NCBI GenBank assembly: GCA_036172245.1
Contig: JAYWIR010000105.1
Location: forward strand, 124,001 to 180,460
Source: Raillietiella orientalis
Lineage: Eukaryota
Length of the DNA stretch: 56,460 nt
Direction: 5' to 3'
In this document: positions 24,201-36,842 of the stretch, piece after piece
Numbering within the stretch: position 1 is the stretch's first letter
How the letters are laid out: every line of letters begins with the position of its first letter
Position numbers and translations under genes: made by a program
Notes under the pieces: generated by a model
What the model saw: the letters and a program-made list of their open reading frames with translations, nothing else
What the model was told of the DNA's origin: nothing
Database searches by the model: none

Positions 24201-27200
24201 AATGAGAGCGAAGGAGAACATTAACCTTTTGAGTCCCCTACTGGTTACCATGAAAACAAGACAGAGTCCAAAGTGCCACGCCCTAATGAAATTTCGAACT
24301 CTTGTTATTCATCCTCTGAAAGCAGAAATTGGAATGGCTTTCGGCTCTCCATAAAGGGGATTTGCCACTCACTGCAAAAGGATGCTTCGTGCTGATGCGC
24401 AAAAGGGCAATGGTGAAATCTTCTGTTTTCTAATTGTTTACAAATCCCGAAAAGCTGCAAAGTTGGACCACATAATGAATGGGAGCGAAGGAGAATATTC
24501 CCCTTGTAAGTCCGACACTGGTTACTATGAAAACAAGACAGAGTGCAAAGTGCCACGCCCTAATGAAATTTCGAACTCTTGTTAATCATCCTCTGAAAGC
24601 AGAGATTGGAAGGGCTTCGGCTCTCCATGAAAAAGATTTGCCACTCACTGCAAAAGGATGCTTCGTGCTGAGGCGCAAAAGGGCAATGGTGAAATCTTTT
24701 GTTTTCTAATTTCTTACATATCCGCAAAAGCTGCAAAGTTGGACCACGTAGTCAATGAGAGCGAAGGTGAATATTCCCCTTGTAAGTCCGACACTGGTTA
24801 CCATGAAAACAAGACAGAGTCCAAAGTGCCACGCCCTAATGAAATTTCGATCTCTTCTTAATCATCCTCTGAAAGCAGAGATTGGAAGGGCTTCGGCTCT
24901 CCATGAAAAAGATTTGCCACTCACTGCAAAAGGATGCTTCGTGCTGAGGCGCAAAAGGGCAATGGTGAAATCTTTTGTTTTCTAATTTCTTACATATCCG
25001 CAAAAGCTGCAAAGTTGGAGCACGTAATCAATGAGAGCGAATGTGAATATTCCCCTTGTAAGTCCGCTACTGGTTACCATGAAAACAAGACAGAGTCCAA
25101 AGTGCCAGGCCCTAATGAAATTTCGAACTTTTCTTAATCATCCTCTGAAAGCAGAAATTGTTAGAGCTTTCGGCTCTCCATGAAAAAAATTTGCCACTCA
25201 CTGCAAAAGGATGCTTCGTGAAGAGGTGCAAAAGTGCAATGGTGAAATCTTTTGTTTTCTAATTTCTTACATATCCGCAAAAGCTGCAAAGTTGGAGCAC
25301 GTAATCAATGAGAGCGAAGGAGAATATTCCCCTTGTAAGTCCGCTACTGGTTACCATGAAAACAAGACAGAGTCCAAAGTGCCACGCCCTAATGAAATTT
25401 CGAACTTTTCTTAATCATCCTCTGAAAGCCGAAATTGTTAGGGCTTTCGTGTCTCCATAAAAGGGATTTGCCACTCACTGCAAAAGGATGCTTCGTGAAG
25501 AGGTGCAAAAGTGCAATGGTGAAATCCTCAGTTTTTTAATTGAATACATATCCCCAAAAGCTGCAAAGTTGGACCACATAATGAATGGGAGCGAAGGAGA
25601 ATATTCCCCTTGTAAGTCCGCTATTGGTTACCATGAAAACAAGACAGAGTCCAAAGTGCCACGCCCTAATGAAATTTCGAACTTTTCTTAATCATCCTCT
25701 GAAAGCCGAAATTGTTAGGGCTTTCGGCTCTCCATAAAAGGGATTTGCCACTCACTGCAAAAGGATGCTTCGTGAAGAGGTGCAAAAGTGCAATGGTGAA
25801 ATCCTCAGTTTTTTAATTGAATACAAATCCCCAAAAGCTGCAAAGTTGGACCACATAATGAATGGGAGCGAAGGAGAATATTCCCCTTGTTAGTCCGACA
25901 CTGGTTACTATGAAAACAAGACAGAGTGCAAAGTGCCACGCCCTAATGAAATTTTGAACTCTTGTTAATCATCCTCTGAAAGCAGAAATTGGAATGGCTT
26001 TCGGCTCTCCATAAAGGGGATTTGCCACTCACTGCAAAAGGATGCTTCGTGCTGAGGCGCAAAAGGGCAATGGTGAAATCTTCTGTTTTCTAACTGATTA
26101 CAAATCCCCAAAAGCTGCAAAGTTGGACCGCATAATGAATGAGAGCGAAGGAGAATATTCCCCTTGTAAGTCCGACACTGGTTACCATGAAAACAAGACA
26201 GAAAGCAAAGTGCCACGCCCTAATGAAATTTCGAACTCTTGTTAATCATCCTCTGAAAGCAGAAATTGGAAGGGCATTCGGCTCTCCATGGAAGGGATTC
26301 GCCACTCACTGCAAAAGGATGCTTCGTGAAGAGGTGCAAAAGTGCAATGGTGAAATCTTCTGTTTTCTAACTGATTACATATCCCCAAAAGCTGCAAAGT
26401 TGGACCACATAATAAATGAGAGCGAAGGAGAACATTAACCTTTTGAGTCCCCTACTGGTTACCATGAAAACAAGACAGAGTCCAAAGTGCCACGCCCTAA
26501 TGAAATTTCGAACTCTTGTTATTCATCCTCTGAAAGCAGAAATTGGAATGGCTTTCGGCTCTCCATAAAGGGGATTTGCCACTCACTGCAAAAGGATGCT
26601 TCGTGCTGATGCGCAAAAGGGCAATGGTGAAATCTTCTGTTTTCTAATTGTTTACAAATCCCGAAAAGCTGCAAAGTTGGACCACATAATGAATGGGAGC
26701 GAAGGAGAATATTCCCCTTGTAAGTCCGACACTGGTTACTATGAAAACAAGACAGAGTGCAAAGTGCCAAGCCCTAATGAAATTTCGAACTCTTGTTAAT
26801 CATCCTCTGAAAGCAGAAATTGGAATGGCTTTCGGCACTCCATAAAGGGGATTTCCCACTCACTGCAAAAGGATGCTTCGTGAAGAGGTGCAAAAGTGCA
26901 ATGGTGAAATCTTCTGTTTTCTAACTGATTACATATCCCCAAAAGCTGCAAAGTTGGACCACATAATAAATGAGAGCGAAGGAGAACATTAACCTTTTTG
27001 AGTCCTACTGGTTACCATGAAAACTAGATAGAGACCAAAGTGCCACGCCCTTATGAAATTTCGAACTCTTCTTAATCATCCTCTGAAAGCAGAAAATTGG
27101 AAGGGCTTGCGGCTCTCCATGAAAGGGGTTTGCCACTCACTGCAAAAGGATGCTTCGTGAAGAGGCGCAAAAGTGCAATGGTGAAATCTTCTGTTTTCTA

Positions 27201-30200
27201 ATTGATTACAAATCCCCAAAAGCTTGAAAGTTCGACCGCATAATGAAGCCGAGAGCGAAAGAAAGTGTTACGCTGCAAGTCCGCCACTGGTTACACTGAA
27301 AACAAGACAGAGTAAAGTGCCACGCCCTATGAAATTTCGAACTTTTCTTAATCATCCTCTGAAAGCAGAAGTGGAAGGGCTTTCGGCTCTCCATGAAAGG
27401 GATTCGCGCACTCACTGCAAAGGATGCTTCGTGAAGAGGTACAAAAGTGCTGTGAATGGTGAAATCTTTTGTTTTCTAATTTCTTGCATATCCGCAAAAG
27501 CTGCAAAAGCTGCAAAGTTGGAGCACGTAATCAATGAGAGCGAATGTGAATATTCCCCTTGTAAGTCCGCTACTGGTTACCATGAAAACAAGACAGAGTC
27601 CAAAGTGCCACGCCCTAATGAAATTTCGAACTTTTCTTAATCATCCTCTGAAAGCCGAAATTGTTAGGGCTTTCGGCTCTCCATAAAAGGGATTTGCCAC
27701 TCACTGCAAAAGGATGCTTCGTGAAGAGGTGCAAAAGTGCAATGGTGAAATCCTCAGTTTTTTAATTGAATACAAATCCCCAAAAGCTGCAAAGTTGGAC
27801 CACATAATGAATGGGAGCGAAGGAGAATATTCCCCTTGTTAGTCCGACACTGGTTACTATGAAAACAAGACAGAGTGCAAAGTGCCACGCCCTAATGAAA
27901 TTTTGAACTCTTGTTAATCATCCTCTGAAAGCAGAAATTGGAATGGCTTTCGGCTCTCCATAAAGGGGATTTGCCACTCACTGCAAAAGGATGCTTCGTG
28001 CTGAGGCGCAAAAGGGCAATGGTGAAATCTTCTGTTTTCTAACTGATTACAAATCCCCAAAAGCTGCAAAGTTGGACCGCATAATGAATGAGAGCGAAGG
28101 AGAATATTCCCCTTGTAAGTCCGACACTGGTTACCATGAAAACAAGACAGAAAGCAAAGTGCCACGCCCTAATGAAATTTCGAACTCTTGTTAATCATCC
28201 TCTGAAAGCAGAAATTGGAAGGGCATTCGGCTCTCCATGGAAGGGATTCGCCACTCACTGCAAAAGGATGCTTCGTGAAGAGGTGCAAAAGTGCAATGGT
28301 GAAATCTTCTGTTTTCTAACTGATTACATATCCCCAAAAGCTGCAAAGTTGGACCACATAATAAATGAGAGCGAAGGAGAACATTAACCTTTTGAGTCCC
28401 CTACTGGTTACCATGAAAACAAGACAGAGTCAAAAGTGCCACGCCCTTATGAAGTTTCGAGCTCTTGTTAATCATCCTCTGAAAGCAGAAATTGCAATGG
28501 CTTTCGGCTCTCCATAAAGCGGATTTGCCACTCACTGCAAAAGGATGCTTCGTGCTGAGGCGCAAAAGGGCAATGGTGAAATCTTCTGTTTTCTAACTGA
28601 TTACAAATCCCCCAAAGCTGCAAAGTTGGACCGCATAATAAATGAGAGCGAAAGAGAATATTCCCCTTTTAAGTCCGCCACTGGTTACCATGAAAACAAG
28701 ACAGAGTAAAAGTGCCACGCCCTAATGAAATTTCGAACTTTTCTTAATCATCCTCTGAAAGCCGAAATTGTTAGGGCTTTCGGCTCTCAAAGGGATTTTA
28801 CACTCACTGCAAAAGGATGCTTCGTGCTGAGGCGCAAAAGGGCAATGGTGAAATCTTCTGTTTTCTAATTGTTTACAAATCCCGAAAAGCTGCAAAGTTG
28901 GACCGCATAATGAATGAGAGCGAAGGAGAATATTCCCTTTTAAGTCCGACACTGGTTACCATGAAAACAAGACAGAGTGCAAAGTGCCACGCCCAAATGA
29001 AATTTCGAACTCTTGTTAATCATCCTCTGAAAGCAGAAATTGGAAGGGCTTTCGGCTCTCCATGAAAGGGATTCGCCACTCACTGCAAAAGGATGCTTCG
29101 TGAAGAGGTGCAAAAGTGCAATGGTGAAATCTTTTGTTTTCTAATTTCTTACATATCCGCAAAAGCTGCAAAGTTGGAGCACGTAATCAATGAGAGCGAA
29201 TGTGAATATTCCCCTTGTAAGTCCGCTACTGGTTACCATGAAAACAAGACAGAGTCCAAAGTGCCACGCCCTAATGAAATTTCGAACTTTTCTTAATCAT
29301 CCTCTGAAAGCCGAAATTGTTAGGGCTTTCGGCTCTCCATAAAAGGGATTTGCCACTCACTGCAAAAGGATGCTTCGTGAAGAGGTGCAAAAGTGCAATG
29401 GTGAAATCCTCAGTTTTTTAATTGAATACAAATCCCCAAAAGCTGCAAAGTTGGACCACATAATGAATGGGAGCGAAGGAGAAAATTCCCCTTGTTAGTC
29501 CGACACTGGTTACTAAGAAAACAAGACAGAGTGCAAAGTGCCACGCCCTAATGAAATTTTGAACTGTTGTTAATCATCCTCTGAAAGCAGAAATTGGAAT
29601 GACTTTCGGCTCTCCATAAAGGGGATTTGCCACTCACTGGGGGTTGCCACTCACTGCAAAGGATGCTTCGCGCTGGGCGCAAAGGGCCAATGGTGAAGTC
29701 TTCTGTTCTGTGATTACAAATCCCAAAAGCTGCAAAGTTGGACCGCATAATGAATGAGAGCGAAGAATATTCCCCTTGTAAGTCCGACACTGGTTACCAT
29801 GGAAAACAGACAGAAAGCAAGGTGCCACGCCCTAGTGAAATTTCTGAACTCTTGTTAATCATCCTCTGAAAGCAGAAATTGGAAGGGCATTCGGCTCTCC
29901 ATGGAAGGGATTCGCCACTCACTGCAAAAGGATGCTTCGTGAAGAGGTGCAAAAGTGCAATGGTGAAATCTTCTGTTTTCTAACTGATTACATATCCCCA
30001 AAAGCTGCAAAGTTGGACCACATAATAAATGAGAGCGAAGGAGAACATTAACCTTTTGAGTCCCCTACTGGTTACCATGAAAACAAGACAGAGTCCAAAG
30101 TGCCACGCCCTAATGAAATTTCTACCTCTTGTTATTCATCCTCTGAAAGCAGAAATTGGAAGGGCTTTCGGCTCTCCATAAAGGGGATTTCCCACTCACT

Positions 30201-30484
30201 GCAAAAGGATGCTTCGTGAAGAGGTGCAAAAGGGCAATGGTGAAATCTTCTGTTTTCTAACTGATTACAAATCCCCCAAAGCTGCAAAGTTGGACCGCAT
30301 AATAAATGAGAGCGAAAGAGAATATTCCCCTTTTAAGTCCGAGACTGGTTACCATGAAAACAAGACAGAGTAAAAGTGCCACGCCCTAATGAAATTTCGA
30401 ACTCTTGTTAATCATCCTCTGAAAGCAGAAATTGGAAGGGCTTTCGGCTATCCGTGAAAAAGATTTGCCACTAACTGCAAAACG
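21240..30484. repeat. Transitional satellite domain with short, variable block repeats (12-, 10-, 8-, 7- and 2-monomer offsets) and indel-rich patches
   Basis: Offsets: 21339->24658 (3319 bp), 23276->26042 (2766), 24382->26596 (2214), 26042->27991 (1949), 23828->24382 (554). The right-domain alleles TTTTTAATTGAATAC, TGTTAGTCCGAC and ATTTTGAAC first appear here. Confidence 0.65.
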
Positions 30485-33400
30485 ATGCTTCGTGAAGAGG
30501 TGCAAAAGTGCAATGGTGAAATCTTTTGTTTTCTAATTTCTTACATATCCGCAAAAGCTGCAAAGTTGGACCACGTAGTCAATGAGAGCGAAGGTGAATA
30601 TTGCCATTGTAAGTCCGACACTGGTTACCATGAAAAAGAGACAGAGTCCAAAGTGCCACGCCCTAATGAAATTTCGATCTCTTCTTAATCATCCTCTGAA
30701 AGCAGAGATTGGAAGGGCTTCGGCTCTCCATGAAAAAGATTTGCCACTCACTGCAAAAGGATGCTTCGTGCTGAGGCGCAAAAGGGCAATGGTGAAATCT
30801 TCTGTTTTCTAATTGTTTACAAATCCCGAAAAGCTGCAAAGTTGGACCGCATAATGAATGGGAGCGAAGGAGAATATTCCCCTTGTAAGTCCGACACTGG
30901 TTACTATGAAAACAAGACAGAGTGCAAAGTGCCACGCCCTAATGAAATTTCGAACTCTTGTTAATCATCCTCTGAAAGCAGAAATTGGAAGGGCTTTCGG
31001 CTCTCCATGAAAAGGATTCGCCACTCACTGCAAAAGGATGCTTCGTAAAGAGGTGCAAAAGTGCAATGGTGAAAACTTCTGTTTTCTAATTGAATACAAA
31101 TCCCCAAAAGGTGCAAAGTTGAACCACATAATGAATAAGAGCGAAGGAGAACATTCCCCTTGTAAGTCCGACACTGGTTACCATGAAAACAAGACAGAGT
31201 CCAAAGTGACACGCCCTAATGAAATTTCGAACTCTTCTTATTCATCCTCTGAAAGCAGAAATTGGAAGGGCTTTCGGCTCTCCATGAAAAGGATTTGCCA
31301 CTCACTGCAAAACGATGCTTCGTGAAGTGGTACAAAAGTGCAATGGTGAAATCCTCAGTTTTCTAATTGAATACAAATCCCCAAAAGCTGCAAATTTGGA
31401 CCACATAATGAATGGGAGCGAAGGAGAATATTCCCCTTGTAAGTCCGACACTGGTTACTATGAAAACAAGACAGAGTGCAAAGTGCCACGCCCTAATGAA
31501 ATTTCGAACTCTTGTTAATCATCCTCTGAAAGCAGAAATTGGAATGGCTTTCGGCTCTCCATAAAGGGGATTTGCCACTCACTGCAAAAGGATGCTTCGT
31601 GCTGAGGCGCAAAAGGGCAACGGTGAAATCTTCTGTATTCTAACTGATTACAAATCCCCAAAAGCTGCAAAGTTGGACCGCATAATAAAGGAGAGCGAAG
31701 GAGAATATTCACCTTGTAAGCCCGCCACTGGTTACCATGAAAACAAAACAGAGTGATTGTGCCACGCCTTAATGAAATTTCGAACTTTTCTTAATCATCC
31801 TCTGAAAGCCGAAATTGTTAGGGCTTTCGGCTCTCCATAAAAGGGATTTGCCACTCACTGCAAAAGGATGCTTCGTGCTGAGGCGCAAAAAGGCAATGGT
31901 GAAATCTTCTGTTTTCTAACTGATTACATATCCCCAAAAGCTGCAAAGTTGGACCACATAATAAATGAGAGCGAAGGAGAATATTCCCTTTGTAAGTCCG
32001 ACACTGGTTACCATGAAAACAAGACAGAGTGCAAAGTGCCACGCCCAAATGAAATTTCGAACTCTTGTTAATCATCCTCTGAAAGCAGAAATTGGAAGGG
32101 CTTTCGGCTCTCCATGAAAGGGATTCGCCACTCACTGCAATAGGATGCTTCGTGAAGAGGTGCAAAAGTGCAATGGTGATATCTTTTGTTTTCTAATTTC
32201 TTACATATCCGCAAAAGCTGCAAAGTTGGAGCACGTAATCAATGAGAGCGAATGTGAATATTCCCCTTGTAAGTCCGCTACTGGTTACCATGAAAACAAG
32301 ACGGAGTCCAAAGTGCCACGCCCTAATGAAATTTCGAACTTTTCTTAATCATCCTCTGAAAGCCGAAATTGTTAGGGCTTTCGGCTCTCCATAAAAGGGA
32401 TTTGCCACTCACTGCAAAAGGATGCTTCGTGAAGAGGTGCAAAAGTGCAATGGTGAAATCCTCAGTTTTTTAATTGAATACAAATCCCCAAAAGCTGCAA
32501 AGTTGGACCACATAATGAATGGGAGCGAAGGAGAATATTCCTCTTGTTAGTCCGACACTGGTTACTATGAAAACAAGACAGAGTGCAAAGTGCCACGCCC
32601 TAATGAAATTTTGAACTCTTGTTAATCATCCTCTGAAAGCAGAAATTGGAATGGCTTTCGGCTCTCCATAAAGGGGATTTGCCACTCACTGCAAAAGGAT
32701 GCTTCGTGCTGAGGCGCAAAAGGCCAATGGTGAAATCTTCTGTTTTCTAACTGATTACAAATCCCCAAAAGCTGCAAAGTTGGACCGCATAATGAATGAG
32801 AGCGAAGGAGAATATTCCCCTTGTAAGTCCGACACTGGTTACCATGAAAACAAGACAGAAAGCAAAGTGCCACGCCCTAATGAAATTTCGAACTCTTGTT
32901 AATCATCCTCTGAAAGCAGAAATTGGAAGGGCTTTCGGCTCTCCATGAAAGGGATTCGCCACTCACTGCAATAGGATGCTTCGTGAAGAGGTGCAAAAGT
33001 GCAATGGTGATATCTTTTGTTTTCTAATTTCTTACATATCCGCAAAAGCTGCAAAGTTGGAGCACGTAATCAATGAGAGTGAATGTGAATATTCCCCTTG
33101 TAAGTCCGCTACTGGTTACCATGAAAACAAGACAGAGTCCAAAGTGCCACGCCCTAATGAAATTTCGAACTTTTCTTAATCATCCTCTGAAAGCCAATTA
33201 TTTAGAGGCTTTCGTACTCACATAAAAGAGGATTTACCACTCACTGCAAAGGATGCTTCGTGAAGAGGTGCAAAAGTGCAATGGTGAAATCCTCAGTTTT
33301 CTAATTGTTTCGTCCCAAAAAGCTGCAAGTTGGACCACATAATGAATGGGAGCGAAGGAGAATATTCCCCTTGTAAGTCCGACACTGGTTACAATGAAAA

Positions 33401-36400
33401 CAACACAGAGTCCAAAGTGCCACGCCCTAATGAAACTTCGAACTTTTCTTAATCATCCTCTGAAAGCAGAGATTGGAAGCGCTTAAGGCTCTCCATGAAA
33501 GGGATTTGCCACTCCCTGCAAAAGGATGCTTCGTGAAGAGGTGCAAAAGTGCAATGGTGAAATCCTCAGTTTTCTAATTGAATACAAATCCCCAAAAGCT
33601 GCAAAGTTGGACCACATAATGAATGGGAGCGAAGGAGAATATTCCCCTTGTAAGTCCGACACTGGTTACCTTGAAAACAAGACAGAGTCTAAAGTGCCAC
33701 GCCCTAATGAAGTTTGGAACTCTTCTTAATCATCCTCTGAAAGCAGAGATTGGAAGGGCTTTCGGCTCTCCATGAAAGGGATTTGCCACTCACTGCAAAA
33801 GGATACTTCGTGAAGAGGCGCAAAAGTGCAATGGTGAAATCTTCTGTTTTCTAATTGAATACAAATCTCCAAAAGTTGCAAAGTTGGACCACATAATGAA
33901 TGGGAGCGAACGAGAATATTCCCCTTGTAAGTCCGACTCTGGTTACCATGAAAACAACACAGAGTCCAATGTGCCACGCCCTAATGAAATTTCGAACTCT
34001 TCTTAATCATCCTCTGAAAGCAGAGATTGGAAGGGCTTTCGGCTCTCCATGAAAAGGATTTGCCACTCACTGCAAAAGGATGCTTCGTGAAGAGGTGCAA
34101 AAGTGCAATGGTGAAATCTTCTGTTTTCTAATTGAATACAAATCTCCAAAAGTTGCAAAGTTGGACCACATAATGAATGGGAGCGAAGGAGAATATTCCC
34201 CTTGTAAGTCCGACACTGGTTACCATGAAAACAAGACAGAGTGCAAAGTGCCACGCCCTAATGAAATTTCGAACTCTTGTTAATCATCCTCTGAAAGCCG
34301 GGGTTGTTAGGGCTTTCGGCTCTCCATAAAAGGGATTTGCCACTCACTGCAAAAGGATGCTTCGTGCTGAGGCGCAAAAAGGCAATGGTGAAATCTTCTG
34401 TTTTCTAACTGATTACATATCCCCAAAAGCTGCAAAGTTGGACCACATAATAAATGAGAGCGAAGGAGAATATTCCCTTTGTAAGTCCGACACTGGTTAC
34501 CATGAAGACAGAGTGCAAAGTGCCACGCCCAAATGAAATTTCGAACTCTTGTTAATCATCCTCTGAAAGCAGAAATTGGAAGGGCTTTCGGCTCTCCATG
34601 AAAGGGATTCGCCACTCACTGCAATAGGATGCTTCGTGAAGAGGTGCAAAAGTGCAATGGTGATATCTTTTGTTTTCTAATTTCTTACATATCCGCAAAA
34701 GCTGCAAAGTTGGAGCACGTAATCAATGAGAGCGAATGTGAATATTCCCCTTGTAAGTCCGCTACTGGTTACCATGAAAACAAGACAGAGTCCAAAGTGC
34801 CACGCCCTAATGAAATTTCGAACTTTTCTTAATCATCCTCTGAAAGCCGAAATTGTTAGGGCTTTCGGCTCTCCATAAAAGGGATTTGCCACTCACTGCA
34901 AAAGGATGCTTCGTGAAGAGGTGCAAAAGTGCAATGGTGAAATCCTCAGTTTTTTAATTGAATACAAATCCCCAAAAGCTGCAAAGTTGGACCACATAAT
35001 GAATGGGAGCGAAGGAGAATATTCCTCTTGTTAGTCCGACACTGGTTACTATGAAAACAAGACAGAGTGCAAAGTGCCACGCCCTAATGAAATTTTGAAC
35101 TCTTGTTAATCATCCTCTGAAAGCAGAAATTGGAATGGCTTTCGGCTCTCCATAAAGGGGATTTGCCACTCACTGCAAAAGGATGCTTCGTGCTGAGGCG
35201 CAAAAGGGCAATGGTGAAATCTTCTGTTTTCTAACTGATTACAAATCCCCAAAAGCTGCAAAGTTGGACCGCATAATGAATGAGAGCGAAGGAGAATATT
35301 CCCCTTGTAAGTCCGACACTGGTTACCATGAAAACAAGACAGAAAGCAAAGTGCCACGCCCTAATGAAATTTCGAACTCTTGTTAATCATCCTCTGAAAG
35401 CAGAAATTGGAAGGGCTTTCGGCTCTCCATGAAAGGGATTCGCCACTCACTGCAAAAGGATGCTTCGTGAAGAGGTGCAAAAGTGCAATGGTGAAATCTT
35501 TTGTTTTCTAATTTCTTACATATCCGCAAAAGCTGCAAAGTTGGAGCACGTAATCAATGAGAGCGAATGTGAATATTCCCCTTGTAAGTCCGCTACTGGT
35601 TACCATGAAAACAAGACAGAGTCCAAAGTGCCACGCCCTAATGAAATTTCGAACTTTTCTTAATCATCCTCTGAAAGCCGAAATTGTTAGGGCTTTCGGC
35701 TCTCCATAAAAGGGATTTGCCACTCACTGCAAAAGGATGCTTCGTGAAGAGGTGCAAAAGTGCAATGGTGAAATCCTCAGTTTTCTAATTGTTTACAAAT
35801 CCCAAAAAGCTGCAAAGTTGGACCACATAATGAATGGGAGCGAAGGAGAATATTCCCCTTGTAAGTCGGACACTGGTTACTATGAAAACAAGACAGAGGG
35901 CAAAGTGCCACGCCCTAATGAAATTTCGAACTCTTGTTAATCATCCTCTGAAAGCAGAAATTGGAATGGCTTTCGGCTCTCCATAAAGGGGATTTGCCAC
36001 TCACTGCAAAAGGATGCTTCGTGCTGAGGCGCAAAAGGGCAATGGTGAAATCTTCTGTTTTCTTACTGACTACAAATCCTCAAAAGCTGCAAAGTTGGAC
36101 CGCATAATAAATGAGAGCGAAGGAGAATATTCCCCTGGTAAGTCCGCCACTGGTTACCATGAAAACAAAACAGAGTAAAAGTGCCACGCCCAAATGAAAT
36201 TTCGAACTTTTTTTAATCATCCTCTGAAAGCCGAAATTGTTAGGGCTTTCGGCTCTCCATAAAAGGGATTTGCCACTCACTGCAAAAGGATGCTTCGTGC
36301 TGAGGCGCAAAAGGGCAATGGTGAAATCTTCTGTTTTCTAACTGATTACATATCCCCAAAAGCTGCAAAGTTGGACCACATAATAAATGAGAGCGAAGGA

Positions 36401-36842
36401 GAACATTAACCTTTTGAGTCCCCTACTGGTTACCATGAAAACATGACAGAGTCAAAAGTGCCACGCCCTAATGAAGTTTCGAGCTCTTGTTAATCATCCT
36501 CTGAAAGCAGAAATTGGAATGGCTTTCGGCTCTCCATAAAGGGGATTTGCCACTCACTGCAAAAGGATGCTTCGTGCTGAGGCGCAAAAGGGCAATGGTG
36601 AAATCTTCTGTTTTCTAACTGATTACAAATCCCCCAAAGCTGCAAAGTTGGACCGCATAATAAATGAGAGCGAAAGAGAATATTCCTTTTGTAAGTCCGC
36701 CACTGGTTACCATGAAAACAAGACAGAGTAAAAGTGCCACGCCCTAATGAAATTTCGAACTCTTGTTAATCATCCTCTGAAAGCAGAAATTGGAAGGGCT
36801 TTCGGCTATCCGTGAAAAAGATTTGCCACTAACTGCAAAACG
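30485..36842. repeat. Composite HOR unit (~23 monomers, 6358 bp) built from 17-mer HOR monomers plus a foreign island
   Basis: Bounded by the private marker GCCACTAACTGCAAAACGATG (ATG at 30485 and 36843). It contains HOR monomers 1-10, an island at ~33390-34290, and then monomers 6-10, an 11/14 chimera and 15-17. Confidence 0.7.
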
